Shown piece after piece: positions 24,579-25,527 of a stretch of 25,527 nt of DNA. The notes beneath the pieces were generated by a model. It was not told the origin of the DNA, searched no databases, and saw only the letters and a program-made list of their open reading frames with translations. The position numbers and the translations under genes are program-made. This DNA comes from Candidatus Aenigmatarchaeota archaeon (GTDB lineage: Archaea > Aenigmatarchaeota > Aenigmatarchaeia > QMZP01 > JAFGSV01). The stretch lies in assembly GCA_043803615.1 (NCBI GenBank), contig JAZDJY010000120.1:1-25527 (forward strand). Reading direction: 5' to 3'. How positions within the stretch are numbered: position 1 is the first letter of the stretch; the number at the start of each line of letters is the position of its first letter.

Positions 24579-25406
24579 TCACTCTATCCAGGGGTAGGCC
24601 TTCCTGACTTCCTGGACGAAGACTGATGGTGAGAAATTCCCCAGTTCGGAGATTATGGAGGTTATGAGCTTCCTGTCGACGTTCTCAAAGGCCAGGTTCA
24701 TTATCTTTACTCCCCTCGGGGGTTTGTCCCAGATTTCCTTTGCGTCCCTCCGTTCGACCGGCTCCTTCTTCCCAAAGACCGTGATGGGGTCGTACTTCCA
24801 GGAATTGGTGCAGCAGTAGGCATCCTTGCCATAACTGTCGGCAATCTGGGCAAACATCTCGGTGCCTATCTTGTTCACAACTTTTCCCTCACTCGTTATC
24901 GCGTCTGCCCCGAAGAGGAACATGTCGCTTTCCTTCATGGCAATCCTTGCCCCGGAGTCCACCCACATCGTGACGGGAATCCCCATGGACGCGACGTCCC
25001 TTGCCGTCTTCCTTCCCTGCATGAGCGGCCTGGTCTCGGTGCAGTTGACGCAGAACTTCTTCCCGTCTTCCTTGGCCTTCCTGATTATGTCGATGACGAC
25101 CGATGAATGGCAGTGGGTGAAGACCGTCATCCCGTCCTCTATCTTCATCGAGCCGTACTGCGCAATCTTCCTGCGCGACTCCTCGAAGTGGGCTAGCGCC
25201 AGCGGGCCGAACTTCTCCGGGTTCCCTTTGACATACCTTACGACGTTCCTAAGGCACGGCTCGGTGGGCCTAAGCGAGATGAGCTTTGAGACGGCCCTTT
25301 GGTCACTTCGGAGCATGAGCGCGTCGACTGCGGCCTTTGCCACGTTCTCGGCGCCCTGTATCCTGACCGCCTTTATGTCACTGCAGATCCTTTCGAATTT
25401 GTCCAT
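24579..25406 (-). CDS. e2b2: ribose-1,5-bisphosphate isomerase (eIF-2B-like family)
   Basis: IRIQGA-like VRIQGAE, RPTEP, THCHSS (catalytic Cys), ETRP..QG, GADAIT (catalytic Asp), NKIGT and NLAFE. Upstream of rbcL and AMP phosphorylase. Confidence 0.93.
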   Translation of the reverse strand: MDKFERICSDIKAVRIQGAENVAKAAVDALMLRSDQRAVSKLISLRPTEPCLRNVVRYVKGNPEKFGPLALAHFEESRRKIAQYGSMKIEDGMTVFTHCHSSVVIDIIRKAKEDGKKFCVNCTETRPLMQGRKTARDVASMGIPVTMWVDSGARIAMKESDMFLFGADAITSEGKVVNKIGTEMFAQIADSYGKDAYCCTNSWKYDPITVFGKKEPVERRDAKEIWDKPPRGVKIMNLAFENVDRKLITSIISELGNFSPSVFVQEVRKAYPWIE

Positions 25407-25426
25407 ATAATTAAATTTAAAACTCC

Positions 25427-25436
25427 CTATATATAG
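25427..25436. promoter_or_regulatory. palindromic TATA box (CTATATATAG) between divergent R15P isomerase and tRNA genes
   Basis: Perfect palindrome centred about 25 nt from both ATG 25406 (-) and the tRNA 5' end at 25456 (+). Confidence 0.6.
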
Positions 25437-25455
25437 AGATACCGGGTAGAAGCCC

Positions 25456-25527
25456 GCGGAGATGGCCGAGAGGCTCAGGCGATCGGCTGCAGGCGGTGCC
25501 AGGCTTCCTTTGCTGAAGCCCGCGCCC
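25456..25527 (+). tRNA. tRNA-Cys(GCA), 5' exon plus start of an intron at 37/38; truncated by the window end
   Basis: GCGGAGA-TG-GCC GAGAGGCTCA GGC-G-ATCGG-CT GCA G, anticodon at 25489-25491. The expected CCGAT is replaced by a hairpin (GGTGC/GCGCC, GGCTTC/GAAGCC). Confidence 0.8.

Noticed and set aside
24579-25406. Translation factor eIF-2B subunit or methylthioribose-1-phosphate isomerase
   Set aside because: Same fold, but operon context with rbcL and AMP phosphorylase plus the THCHS/GAD catalytic residues indicate R15P isomerase.
1-25527. CRISPR array, IS element, rRNA or diversity-generating retroelement
   Set aside because: No regularly spaced repeats, transposase, terminal inverted repeats, reverse transcriptase or TR/VR pair were noticed by eye.

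Overview
Archaeal window, probably DPANN-type (inferred from gene content, TATA-box promoters and protein style; not verified), with three blocks. (1) 54-3060: three paralogous membrane proteins and two divergent coiled-coil proteins. (2) 3129-17278: a type IV pilus/Tad-like locus. It has an assembly ATPase split by a 513-aa LAGLIDADG intein, a TadC/GspF-like platform protein and ten consecutive pilin-like genes, two of them too small for the ORF track. One pilin-like protein carries a GH73/lysozyme-like glucosaminidase domain, another an M23 endopeptidase domain, and a third is a 943-aa protein with Gly/Ala-rich hydrophobic segments. (3) 17390-25527: frameshifted alba, eno, bacterial-type gpmI, a transglutaminase-like gene, a stand-alone fragment of archaeal ApgM, the AMP phosphorylase/form III RuBisCO/R15P isomerase operon, and the 5' part of an intron-containing tRNA-Cys. 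Main candidate system: an archaeal pilus that displays two complementary peptidoglycan hydrolases, plausibly to attach to and breach bacterial cells, next to a nucleotide-to-PEP scavenging pathway.
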